Virus record (IMG/VR): IMGVR_UViG_3300025607_000091
Coordinates: 1 to 50,144 of that record
Strand: one strand, 5' to 3'
From: a virus
Lineage: Duplodnaviria; Caudoviricetes
Length of the DNA: 50,144 nt
Shown here one piece after another: positions 9,595 to 18,312 of the stretch. Position 1 is the first letter of the stretch; each line of letters opens with the position of its first letter. A program made the translations under genes and the position numbers. The notes under the pieces were generated by a model. It had not been told where the DNA came from. It searched no databases and was given only the letters and a program-made list of their open reading frames with translations.

Positions 9595-10032
9595 ATGAGT
9601 TTAGCTACCAATAACCGAAACAGAGCTTTTATAAACTTAATAGACAAGTTGCCTGCAAAAAGGCAATATGTATACAGTTTAATCAAAGAGAATGAACCTT
9701 GCACACTTGAATATTTGTGTAATAAATACGGATTAGAAAAAAACGTATCTGGAAGACTTACTGAATTAAAAAGCTCTTGTTTGATTATGGAATTTGGGAG
9801 CAAAATAAATGAAGTAACTAATAATCAAAACACGCTTTATAGAACTGTAGGAAATGATGAAAGAATCAACTTAATCAATTTAAACTATGGTGAGTTAATT
9901 GAAAAGAAAGACGCTTTGATTAATGATTACAATTTAGGAATGAGCAGTTTTTCACGTGAGCTTTTAGATAAGGAGTTGAAGAAAATCAAAAGCAAGATTA
10001 AGAACCTTGAAAACATTTTAGATGCAGCATAA
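9595..10032 (+). CDS. Winged-HTH DNA-binding protein
   Basis: PCTLEYLCNKYGLEKNVSGRLTELK. Confidence 0.55.
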   Translation: MSLATNNRNRAFINLIDKLPAKRQYVYSLIKENEPCTLEYLCNKYGLEKNVSGRLTELKSSCLIMEFGSKINEVTNNQNTLYRTVGNDERINLINLNYGELIEKKDALINDYNLGMSSFSRELLDKELKKIKSKIKNLENILDAA

Positions 10033-10708
10033 ACAAAAACCATGCGAGCCAAACAGTAAAGCTCCAGGAGCTGAAGGTTGTGGAAAGCCATCTTTTAAAA
10101 GAACTTATGGCTTGTGTGATTGTTGTTTAATGGAATGGGCCACAACAACTGAGAACGGTAAAATTTGGTATCAAAAAACATTTCTTCCAAGGGTTGCTAC
10201 GAAAGTAAAGTTAAACCAAAAGAAGAAAGAAAAAGCTCAAAAGGACCAGTTAACAGATTGGGGTAAAAAGCTTCAAGATAAGGTTAACGAAATAGTAAGG
10301 CTTATTGATATTGGATTACCGTGTTTGGCAAGAGGTTATCACGCGAATCAGATTCATGCAGGACATGTATTTGCAAGAGGAGGAAATCAAACGATCAGAT
10401 TCAATTTACACAATATACATCGTCAATCAGCTCAATCAAATACTTATCAAAATGATGATGGATTATTAAGAGAAGGATTAGTAAAAGAATACGGTCAAAA
10501 GTATTTTGAATTTATTAGCGAATTAAGGCAAACACCATCTTTAAGCTATTTAAACTTAGAATACCAAGATAAGTATCAATTAGCGAGTAAAATCGCTTTA
10601 AAGCTTAAAAAAGAAGGTAGGGTTTTCAATTTAAAAGAAAGAGTTGAAACAAGGAATAAAATAAACTTAGAGCTATCTATTTACGATTACAAGTATTGTG
10701 TAGCATAG
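10022..10708 (+). CDS. ninG: NinG/Rap-like recombination nuclease
   Basis: VRLIDIGLPC...HAGH...RFNLHNIHRQ. Confidence 0.7.
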   Translation: MQHKQKPCEPNSKAPGAEGCGKPSFKRTYGLCDCCLMEWATTTENGKIWYQKTFLPRVATKVKLNQKKKEKAQKDQLTDWGKKLQDKVNEIVRLIDIGLPCLARGYHANQIHAGHVFARGGNQTIRFNLHNIHRQSAQSNTYQNDDGLLREGLVKEYGQKYFEFISELRQTPSLSYLNLEYQDKYQLASKIALKLKKEGRVFNLKERVETRNKINLELSIYDYKYCVA

Positions 10709-10740
10709 TAGTAAAACACCCAATTAAACTAATAATTATA

Positions 10741-11619
10741 ATGGCAAAAAGATTTACAGATACGGAAAAATACAAGGACTCATGGTTCGTGGATTTAGAG
10801 CCTATTGAAAAATTACTCTTTTACTACTTAATAGATAGTGTTGATAATGCTGGTTTTTATGAAATTTCTTTTCGCCATATCTCATTTCATATTGGGATTT
10901 CAAAAGAGGAAATTCTAGGGGCTATCAAGGGGCTAAGTAGGGGCTTGCTAGGGGCTGAAAAAAACATTGAAAAAGGAAGTAAAATTTATTTGAAAAACTT
11001 TCTTCAACACCAAAAAATGTATCCTTTAAATCCTTACAACGCCTTTCACAAGAGTTCTTTAAAGATTTTTAATGAGAATTTGGAATTTATCAATTCTTAC
11101 GAGTTTTTAAAAAATTTATCTGTTTTAGGGGCTAAAATAAAAGATAAAAAAATAGTAGAATCTATTGATACTAATCTCTTAAAATTCTTAAAAGAAGAAA
11201 TGGGGCTAACTAGCCCCTTAGTAAAAGGAATAGTAAAAGAGAAAGGAAAAGGAGAGGTAGAAGAAAAAGGAAAAGTATTTGGAAAGTCTGAAAACCTTTT
11301 GAAAATCTCAAAATTAGAAATTGAATTAAAAAACTCTTTTTCCTGGAAAGAGACTATTTGCAGAAATGTAAATGAAACTGATATTAAAATCACGCCTGAA
11401 GAAATTGACGATAAAATATCACAATTCATAAAAACTATTTCCGGTGACGGAGAAGACGAAAAAGATTTAAAAGACGCTAAAAAACATTTCAACAGATGGC
11501 TAATGTTGGATATTAAAAACACCTCAAATGAAAAGCAACAAAATAGCAAAAACCAATCAGGGACAAGTGATGCTTTTAGAACAAAGACGCTTGAGAGACT
11601 GGGCTTTGTATCAGCCTAG
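10741..11619 (+). CDS. Phage replication initiator (ATG at 10741)
   Basis: KRFTDTEKYKDSWF N-terminus, KEKGKG linker, KKHFNRWL C-terminal domain. Confidence 0.65.
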   Translation: MAKRFTDTEKYKDSWFVDLEPIEKLLFYYLIDSVDNAGFYEISFRHISFHIGISKEEILGAIKGLSRGLLGAEKNIEKGSKIYLKNFLQHQKMYPLNPYNAFHKSSLKIFNENLEFINSYEFLKNLSVLGAKIKDKKIVESIDTNLLKFLKEEMGLTSPLVKGIVKEKGKGEVEEKGKVFGKSENLLKISKLEIELKNSFSWKETICRNVNETDIKITPEEIDDKISQFIKTISGDGEDEKDLKDAKKHFNRWLMLDIKNTSNEKQQNSKNQSGTSDAFRTKTLERLGFVSA

Positions 11620-12292
11620 CAATTGTTTTAAACACTCAGTAAAATTAAAAACTGTAAAAGATGTTTTGACATTACCATCAAAATCCCTAGGTGATTTTAA
11701 AAGAGAATACGGACGAAATTTTGTTATAGGATATGTATCGACGTGGTTAATTGAACTAAATGACAATTCCAACGTGAAAACCAAAATGAGTGACGCTCAA
11801 AAAGAGTTCACAGCAGAAAGGATTTACGACATGTATTGCTTGAAAGTAACTGATTTGACATTGTTTTTCAGAAATGTAAAAGAAGGAAAATATGGAGGTT
11901 ATTACGAGAATTTATCACAGGAAAAAATAATGCAATGGTTAAGTATTTACTGGGATGAAAGATGTGAGTACGGGCAAATGATGGCTCAGCAAAATCATGA
12001 AGGTTTTTCTGCTACTAAAGACAAATTAGAACCTGATGTAATAAAGAAAATATTCAAAGGAGTTGGTGAAGTAGAGTTGGACCATAGTAAAAGGGGAAAT
12101 GGTTCCGGGGCAAGAATGAAAAGAAAGGTGATGAATAACAGGACTGAATATTTAAACAACATGCTTATTCAGGTTAAAAATCAGTCAACAGAAAGCTTGA
12201 AAGAATATTTAATTAATACTGATGTGAATTCAAAAGCTTTTGATACTCAAGTATATGAACTAGCAGAAAGGGAATTAGACTCAAGAAAATAG
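11528..12292 (+). CDS. Replication-associated protein (helicase-loader position)
   Basis: Overlaps the initiator; LFFRNVKEGKYGGYY motif. Confidence 0.5.
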   Translation: MKSNKIAKTNQGQVMLLEQRRLRDWALYQPSNCFKHSVKLKTVKDVLTLPSKSLGDFKREYGRNFVIGYVSTWLIELNDNSNVKTKMSDAQKEFTAERIYDMYCLKVTDLTLFFRNVKEGKYGGYYENLSQEKIMQWLSIYWDERCEYGQMMAQQNHEGFSATKDKLEPDVIKKIFKGVGEVELDHSKRGNGSGARMKRKVMNNRTEYLNNMLIQVKNQSTESLKEYLINTDVNSKAFDTQVYELAERELDSRK

Positions 12293-12293
12293 T

Positions 12294-12557
12294 ATGGACT
12301 CAAAAAATAGCACTTGGATAACGCGCTATAAATCCAATAAGAAAACAATTGAGCTATACCAGAATTTCTTTTTCAGTCAAGAATTAGACACCAAAAGTAA
12401 AACATTGCTTTTAGAAGAAATTACAAGATTAGAATATCAGAACAAATGGATTGAAAGTATGACGCAATGGGAAAGGCGTCAGGACGATTCAAGCTCAATT
12501 ACAATTATAGAATCAAGATTACACTTAATACCAAACGAACAACTAATAATTAACTAA
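12294..12557 (+). CDS. Hypothetical protein
   Basis: Operon ORF. Confidence 0.55.
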   Translation: MDSKNSTWITRYKSNKKTIELYQNFFFSQELDTKSKTLLLEEITRLEYQNKWIESMTQWERRQDDSSSITIIESRLHLIPNEQLIIN

Positions 12558-12570
12558 ACCAATAACTAGT

Positions 12571-12924
12571 ATGGGAACTATAACAGGAAGATACACACCG
12601 CAAGAAGTACAATACTTAAAAGACAATTATAATTTGATGACAAGATCAGATTTTGCTTTAGAATTTAATAGAGAAGAAGATTCTATTAGACATAAACTAA
12701 AAGCAATGGGTCTTGAATCTACTACCATTTCAAAAGGAGTAAGAAAATACATAAGTTCTGGAATAAAAAGAATGAGAACCGAAGGTGATAATGGAGGAAG
12801 ATTAAGATTATTGAATTTCATCAATTCTCAATATACAGATAAAAACTACGATCATGTTTCCAGAGCCTTTATTGATTTAGGGAGATATGAAATCTTAAAT
12901 AGTTACAGAAGACATTCAGCTTAA
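12571..12924 (+). CDS. Myb/HTH-like small DNA-binding protein
   Basis: YTPQEVQYLKDNY...SIRHKLKAMGL. Confidence 0.55.
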   Translation: MGTITGRYTPQEVQYLKDNYNLMTRSDFALEFNREEDSIRHKLKAMGLESTTISKGVRKYISSGIKRMRTEGDNGGRLRLLNFINSQYTDKNYDHVSRAFIDLGRYEILNSYRRHSA

Positions 12925-12935
12925 TAAAATTAGAT

Positions 12936-13271
12936 ATGATCACAGATAAATGGACTCAGGAAGAATTGGATTACTTATATGAAAACTATGCAAATACATG
13001 TAGTAAGGAATTGGCTAAACACTGTAAGAAGCCACAGAAAAAACTTTCAGACAAAGCGAGAACTATGGGCCTTAGGAAATCAACGAATTTTATTAGTGAA
13101 TTAAGAGGTATAGAAGGAGATACGAAAAGCAGTTCTTATAAAAAATATATTGATATGCTAGAATTTGGAAACTCATTAGATCCTTCAGTTAAACACAGAA
13201 ATCTGACTCCAATTTTTAACAAGTACGGATTCTACAAATTTAAAGAATTATATAAACTACACTCAGTATGA
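12936..13271 (+). CDS. Myb/HTH-like protein resembling the upstream gene
   Basis: WTQEELDYLYENY...KARTMGLRK. Confidence 0.55.
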   Translation: MITDKWTQEELDYLYENYANTCSKELAKHCKKPQKKLSDKARTMGLRKSTNFISELRGIEGDTKSSSYKKYIDMLEFGNSLDPSVKHRNLTPIFNKYGFYKFKELYKLHSV

Positions 13272-13645
13272 AAACACTTCACTTAAACTTAAAACGAAAG
13301 TGGTTTGATATGTTTCTATCGGGTATTAAAACTGAAGAATACCGAGAAATTAAAGAAAGTATGATTTCAATCTTGTTTGATTGGAAAAACAGTGGTGTTA
13401 GCAGAAAGGATTTTGTTGAAGATCTTAATTATGATGTTTTTCATCCGTCCTATTGGAGTTGGTTAAAAGATTTTGACACCATTACTTTTTCAAATGGTTA
13501 TGCTAAAAATAGAGATCAATTTGTCATTGAGTTTAAAAACATAGAAATCAGAAAAGGGAATCCTGAATGGGGAGCTGAAAAAGGTAAAAAATATTTTGTT
13601 CTAGAAACTGGAGAAATAACCACCAAAAAAATTAAAACCCAATGA
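13268..13645 (+). CDS. ASCH/PUA-like domain protein
   Basis: LHLNLKRKWFDM..SGIKTEEYRE, FSNGY, GNPEWGAE. Confidence 0.75.
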   Translation: MKTLHLNLKRKWFDMFLSGIKTEEYREIKESMISILFDWKNSGVSRKDFVEDLNYDVFHPSYWSWLKDFDTITFSNGYAKNRDQFVIEFKNIEIRKGNPEWGAEKGKKYFVLETGEITTKKIKTQ

Positions 13646-13854
13646 AAAAGAAAATACTAAAAAAGCTTACAGAAAAACACAACCGATGCGCTCAAGGATT
13701 AGGAGTATTTAAATCGGAATTACTAGAAGGGAAAGATGAATTAGAAGTTAATTCAGCTTTAAAGGAATTAGAGAAAGAAGGATCTATTGAATATCGTGAT
13801 GGGACTTTTGGGAGATTATATAAACTAACTAAGAAATATTTAAAAACGATTTAG
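13642..13854 (+). CDS. Small wHTH-like protein
   Basis: ATGA overlap with upstream gene; ALKELEKEGSIEYR. Confidence 0.5.
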   Translation: MKKKILKKLTEKHNRCAQGLGVFKSELLEGKDELEVNSALKELEKEGSIEYRDGTFGRLYKLTKKYLKTI

Positions 13855-13856
13855 GG

Positions 13857-14147
13857 ATGGACGAAATAAAGGAAGTTGTTGACGCATTTAATGATTTATA
13901 TCCAGTAGGAACCGAATTAATTGTAGTTGATGATTTGGGCAAAAAGAAAGTTAGAAAGTTAAAATCGAAAGCTTGGGTAGTTGGTAAGGATGAGGTAGTG
14001 GCATTATTTGAAGGTGTTTCTGGAGGGTATAGCATTAAGCGAATCCAGCATGTTCAAACCTATAAAATGAACTTTGAATTAGGTGTAAGCTATTTAGTTC
14101 CTGCAGATGCTCACGGAACGCCAATGAGTCAAGTACAACAATCTTAA
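13857..14147 (+). CDS. Hypothetical phage protein
   Basis: FNDLYPVGT motif. Confidence 0.55.
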   Translation: MDEIKEVVDAFNDLYPVGTELIVVDDLGKKKVRKLKSKAWVVGKDEVVALFEGVSGGYSIKRIQHVQTYKMNFELGVSYLVPADAHGTPMSQVQQS

Positions 14148-14259
14148 AAATCAAAAATCATGAAATCAACTAAAACCCGATAAAGAAACGCTAAAATTCA
14201 CAATAGGCTTATTACTACTATTAGCTATTTCAATATTGTGGTTTTATGTAGAGAAGAAA

Positions 14260-14469
14260 TTAAACTAATTGCTGGAAAGTATATGTTTTTCCGTTCAGAG
14301 TATAATCAAAACAAGGTTCTTGCTTAAACTCTTTTAAAAACCAACGGTAAGAATGACAGGAAGGCTCTAAGTTCTTAAAAAGTTCGCAAAACATTTCAAG
14401 ATTAGTTTCAATAACCACAACTTTATTGTTGTGACAACAAGCAAATAATTTAGTAATCCGTTTATTCAT
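14260..14469 (-). CDS. Small protein divergent from the DGR operon
   Basis: Minus-strand TAAGTTTG -7 box at 14481-14474 directly upstream of the ATG. Confidence 0.55.
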   Translation of the reverse strand: MNKRITKLFACCHNNKVVVIETNLEMFCELFKNLEPSCHSYRWFLKEFKQEPCFDYTLNGKTYTFQQLV

Positions 14470-14485
14470 AATACAAACTTACGAA

Positions 14486-14542
14486 ATAAGTGCGTATAAT
14501 TATCATTTTGCTTGTTTTGATAAATATAAGTGCTTATATTTA
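14486..14542. promoter_or_regulatory. Putative operators in the divergent region upstream of the DGR targets
   Basis: Palindrome TAAATATAAG-tg-CTTATATTTA (14521-14542) and related ATAAGTGCGTATA (14486-14498). Confidence 0.5.
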
Positions 14543-14588
14543 CGATTCGATAAATAAAAAAGAATAACAATTAAACCAAATATAAAAA

Positions 14589-15071
14589 ATGAACACTCTA
14601 GAAATTAAAAAAGAAGATGCTTTAAAAGCGCACGAAAACGCATCAAGTAAAGGAAAAACATTGCTTGAAAATTTATTAGGTAAAAAAACTTTTCAGAAAA
14701 AAGTAACTGACCGTATTAAAACAATTAAAGATGTTTTAGAATACAATGGTATTTCTGAAGAAGAACGAAGTGAAAAATACATGCTGTTCTTTGATAATTT
14801 AAAGTTGCCACATTTATACTATCAATGGTTAGCAGAATTACTATGCAAATCATTAAATGAGGATTGGACTCCTGATTGGGATAATTCAAATGAGCGTAAA
14901 TACTTTCCTTGGTTTAAAATGTGTTCTGGTGGTTTCCGTTATGACGACTTCGCTTATTGGCTTACGGGTTCGAGTGTCGGCTCTCGCCTTTGCTTAAAAT
15001 CGGATGAATTAGCAAAGTATGCCGGAACCCAATTCACAGAAGTTTACGAACAATTTATGATAACTAAATAA
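14589..15071 (+). CDS. DGR target protein 1 (160 aa)
   Basis: Contains VR1; KYFPWF...VGSRLC motif shared with target 2. Confidence 0.9.
   Translation: MNTLEIKKEDALKAHENASSKGKTLLENLLGKKTFQKKVTDRIKTIKDVLEYNGISEEERSEKYMLFFDNLKLPHLYYQWLAELLCKSLNEDWTPDWDNSNERKYFPWFKMCSGGFRYDDFAYWLTGSSVGSRLCLKSDELAKYAGTQFTEVYEQFMITK
14923..14993 (+). repeat. DGR variable repeat VR1
   Basis: 71-bp copy of TR with 12 mismatches, all at TR adenines. Confidence 0.95.
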
Positions 15072-15082
15072 TACATATTACA

Positions 15083-15481
15083 ATGAAAAAATTTACAGAT
15101 TTAAAAACATTTGAACAAGCGTGTGAGTTATTAAATATTGACTCAAAAACAGTATTACCAGACTTTTCAAATTACCCTGAGCAGGGCAGATTAGCTATGA
15201 TAGCTCATGCTAAATTACCAATTATAGTAAGAGCTGCTAACAAGCTTGCAAACGATGGAGAGGAAGTTGTTTTTGATTTCAATGATTCTAGCCAATGTAA
15301 ATATGAACCTTGGTTTGATATGGAAGATTATTCAGACGGTTCTGGTGGTTTCCGTTTTAACGGCTACGATGGTTGGCTTGCGACTTCGCTTGTCGGCTCT
15401 CGCCTTTGCTACATTTCAAGAGAAGTGTGCGAATACACAGTGAATCAGTTTATAGAGGTGTACAAAGCTTATTTTAAATAA
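15083..15481 (+). CDS. DGR target protein 2 (132 aa), paralog of target 1
   Basis: Contains VR2; KYEPWF...VGSRLC. Confidence 0.9.
   Translation: MKKFTDLKTFEQACELLNIDSKTVLPDFSNYPEQGRLAMIAHAKLPIIVRAANKLANDGEEVVFDFNDSSQCKYEPWFDMEDYSDGSGGFRFNGYDGWLATSLVGSRLCYISREVCEYTVNQFIEVYKAYFK
15339..15409 (+). repeat. DGR variable repeat VR2
   Basis: 71-bp copy of TR with 13 mismatches, all at TR adenines. Confidence 0.95.
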
Positions 15482-15490
15482 TATAAATAT

Positions 15491-15687
15491 AGGTTGTGTG
15501 ATGTGTTGAGCGCAGTTCTGGTAGTTTCCGTTATAACGACTACGATAATTGGCATACGAATTCGAATGTCAGCTCTCACCTATGCAAAAAGAAAATAACA
15601 TCACAAACCTTGCACGCAATGCAAAAAATTACAAACCTAATCAAGGCGTTGGTACTACTATGGAAAGCGACTTATTAAAGCAAAGGA
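15491..15687 (+). ncRNA. Putative structured TR-containing RNA of the DGR (ends approximate)
   Basis: AGGTTgTGTGATGT (15491-15504) can pair with ACATCACAAACCT (15598-15610); TTGCA-cgcaa-TGCAA hairpin follows. Confidence 0.55.
15515..15585 (+). repeat. DGR template repeat (TR)
   Basis: Intergenic GTTCTGGTAGTTTCCGTTATAACGACTACGATAATTGGCATACGAATTCGAATGTCAGCTCTCACCTATGC; 18 adenines, rich in AAY codons, upstream of the RT. Confidence 0.95.
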
Positions 15688-16650
15688 ATGAAACGAATAG
15701 GTAATTTATATCAGAAAATAATCAGTATTGAAAACTTGCAATTAGCAGATGTTGTAGCTCAAAAAAATAAAAGCAAACAGTATGGTGTGCAATCACACAA
15801 CTCAAAAAGTGATGCTAATATTTGGGAGTTACACAAAATGCTCAGGGATAAAACATATGCAACATCAAAGTATGACGTATTTAAAGTATATGAACCAAAG
15901 GAGCGAGAAGTTTACAGATTGCCATATTTTCCTGATAGAATAACACATCATGCAATCATGAATGTGTTGGAACCAATATTCGTTGCAAATTTTACAGCGG
16001 ACACATACAGTTGCATTAAGGGTAGAGGAATACATAAAGTACTTAAAAATGTAAAAAAGGCTTTAAAAGATGAAATAAATACGGTCTACTGTTTGAAATT
16101 AGATATTAAAAAATTCTACCCGAACATTGACCATGAAATTTTAAAGCAATTATTGCGAAAGAAATTTAAGGATCAGGATTTGCTTTGGCTATTAGATGAA
16201 ATTATTGATAGTGCAAAAGGATTACCAATAGGTAATTATTTAAGTCAATATTTTGCGAATTTTTACTTGTCATATTTTGACCATTGGATCAAGTAGCAAA
16301 AAGCAGTTAAGTATTATTTCCGTTATGCTGATGACATTGTAATACTTCATAAGGACAAAGAATACTTACATAAGATACTTGCTGAAATAAGCTATTACCT
16401 AAACACTAATTTAAAGTTATCGGTAAAAGGTAACTATCAAGTATTTCCAGTAGCATCTAGAGGGATTGATTTTGTAGGATATAGAATTTACCACACGCAT
16501 GTATTATTAAGAAAACGAATCAAACAAAACTTTGCTAGAAAACTAAAAAAGAAGCCAAACTCTTCTTGTATCGCATCATATTTAGGATGGCTAAAACATT
16601 GTGACGCGTTGAACTTAACCAAAAAATTATTGCCAAATGAACAATTTTAA
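15688..16650 (+). pseudogene. DGR reverse transcriptase (320 codons) interrupted by in-frame TAG at 16294-16296
   Basis: PKER, DRITHHA, LKLDIKKFYP, GLPIGNYLSQ motifs; after the TAG the same frame reads QKAVKYYFRYADDIVIL...GIDFVGY...SYLGWLKH to TAA at 16650. Confidence 0.9.
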
Positions 16651-16933
16651 AGATTTTGGAATTAAAACAAAATCGATCTCATTTGTTGGAGAAAAAATAG
16701 CAGTAAATAGATTATTCAATATTCGAATTACTGTTCATGCTTTTAAAATTGAACCTTCAAAACAAAAAGAAGGAACAGAATGTTTAACACTTCAGATAGA
16801 AAAGGCTGGAGAAATGAGAGTAGTATTTACAGGATCCACTTTCTTAATGCAAATGATAAAACAAGTACCAAAAGACAAGTTTCCTTTTGAAACAACCATA
16901 AAAAGAGACAATGAATATTATGAATTTACATAA
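16637..16933 (+). CDS. 98-aa protein coupled to the RT; candidate DGR accessory factor
   Basis: Start overlaps the natural RT end; beta-rich pattern (VVFTGSTFL, FPFETTI). Confidence 0.6.
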   Translation: MNNFKDFGIKTKSISFVGEKIAVNRLFNIRITVHAFKIEPSKQKEGTECLTLQIEKAGEMRVVFTGSTFLMQMIKQVPKDKFPFETTIKRDNEYYEFT

Positions 16934-16962
16934 CTAACCAAAAACTAACTAAAACAGAAATT

Positions 16963-17532
16963 ATGAAACCAAAATTAAAACCGGAACACTTAAATCCATT
17001 TTTAATTTACGAGCCAGTGGTTCAGTACAAAGGCATTTTGAACGGTAAAGAATTAAAGGATTATGATATTGATTATAAATCAAGGGGTAATTCATTAGAA
17101 ATTGATTTTTTAAAGAATGATGAACCTTATAATCCTCCTAAAGAAGTTATTGGTTTAAAGACTGGTTATATAAAAGTTGTTCAATACTGGAAAAGCGGAC
17201 TAACTTATAGAATTGGTAATACCTCAATGGGCTTACAAACTCATAATAATACTGATGATTTTAAATTGGTATTAAGACCGTTAAGTGACTTAGGAGAAAT
17301 TGACACTAAAGAACACGGTATTATTTACCCAGTAGATTATTTCGATAATCACACAGATGCTTTAAAAATCAATAAGGAATTAATCTCAATGATGGAGAAT
17401 AATTATTGTGACTTTCATCTTCCATATTTTGTTATGGAAATGTTGTTTGAGTATCATTTCGATGTTTTCGGCCTAATCAAAAAAGGACTTGCTGTAGATA
17501 TAAACACATTAGATACTAACCCTTATAAATAG
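16963..17532 (+). CDS. Hypothetical phage protein
   Basis: KLVLRPLSDL...HFDVFGLIKKGLAVDINT. Confidence 0.65.
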   Translation: MKPKLKPEHLNPFLIYEPVVQYKGILNGKELKDYDIDYKSRGNSLEIDFLKNDEPYNPPKEVIGLKTGYIKVVQYWKSGLTYRIGNTSMGLQTHNNTDDFKLVLRPLSDLGEIDTKEHGIIYPVDYFDNHTDALKINKELISMMENNYCDFHLPYFVMEMLFEYHFDVFGLIKKGLAVDINTLDTNPYK

Positions 17533-17537
17533 AAATT

Positions 17538-17816
17538 ATGAAAGAATTCAAAGGAACAAAAGGAAAATGGAAAGCGCGAAATTTATTTGATAATTGGATT
17601 ATTTCAGATGAAAAAGACCTTGTGTTAAATATTGTAGATAATGAAGCCAACGCAAAACTAATAGCTTCTGCTCCTGAATTATTAGAAGCATTAATACAAG
17701 TCACTTCTTCATTAGAAAAAGCAAATGAACTTCTCGAGAAAAAAGGTGTTTTGTTGATAAATGACAATACAAGCAAGGCAAAAGAGATTATCAATAAAGC
17801 ACTAGGTGTTAATTAA
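17538..17816 (+). CDS. Hypothetical phage protein
   Basis: FKGTKGKW...EANAKLIASAPELLEAL, a common phage motif. Confidence 0.7.
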   Translation: MKEFKGTKGKWKARNLFDNWIISDEKDLVLNIVDNEANAKLIASAPELLEALIQVTSSLEKANELLEKKGVLLINDNTSKAKEIINKALGVN

Positions 17817-17828
17817 TAATTAAGAATA

Positions 17829-17993
17829 ATGGCAAAGCTAGGTGATTATGAAGTGTATTATAAGCCATGTAAAAAATGCGGGTATGATACAGCAAAAAGC
17901 TCAAAACCAAAAGAAGGAAATAAAACCTGCTGGAAGTGCGGAAACTTCATAGGAAGGGATTACAGCGAAAGAGCATTAAAGTCTAACCAATAA
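17829..17993 (+). CDS. 54-aa zinc-ribbon protein (not in ORF track)
   Basis: MAKLGDYEVYYKPCKKCG...TCWKCG. Confidence 0.55.
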   Translation: MAKLGDYEVYYKPCKKCGYDTAKSSKPKEGNKTCWKCGNFIGRDYSERALKSNQ

Positions 17994-18003
17994 CAAAAAC
18001 AAG

Positions 18004-18312
18004 ATGAAAAAATCAGAAAGAGAAATAATTTATCAAGGTGCATTAGATAAATGGGGTGAACGTGCTCAAATAGAAATGGCTCAAGAAGAATCTACTGAAT
18101 TAGCATTAGCGTGTAGAAAAATCATAAGGCAAAAAACAGAATCAAGGTTAAATGATTTAGCTTCTGAAATAGCTGATGTTGAAATTATGATTGAGCAATT
18201 AAAATACATGTTACCAACTATAGGAAATGTAGTAGAGGCTCAAAAAGGTTTTAAGTTACACAGATTAGAGGAACGAGTTTTTAACCAAAAAAAGATAAAA
18301 CTAACAAAATGA
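18004..18312 (+). CDS. MazG-like nucleotide pyrophosphohydrolase
   Basis: AQEESTELALA...LASEIADVEIMIEQL. Confidence 0.75.
   Translation: MKKSEREIIYQGALDKWGERAQIEMAQEESTELALACRKIIRQKTESRLNDLASEIADVEIMIEQLKYMLPTIGNVVEAQKGFKLHRLEERVFNQKKIKLTK

Noticed and set aside
16294-16296. Genome-wide TAG recoding as the reason for the RT stop
   Set aside because: TAG ends other genes normally (e.g. 3395, 11619, 21910, 48363), long structural ORFs are not broken by TAG, and no suppressor tRNA was seen.
15688-16650. RT as a group II intron, retron or Abi RT
   Set aside because: The adjacent TR/VR pairs with strictly A-specific mismatches and the compact size identify a DGR RT; no maturase or endonuclease extension is present.
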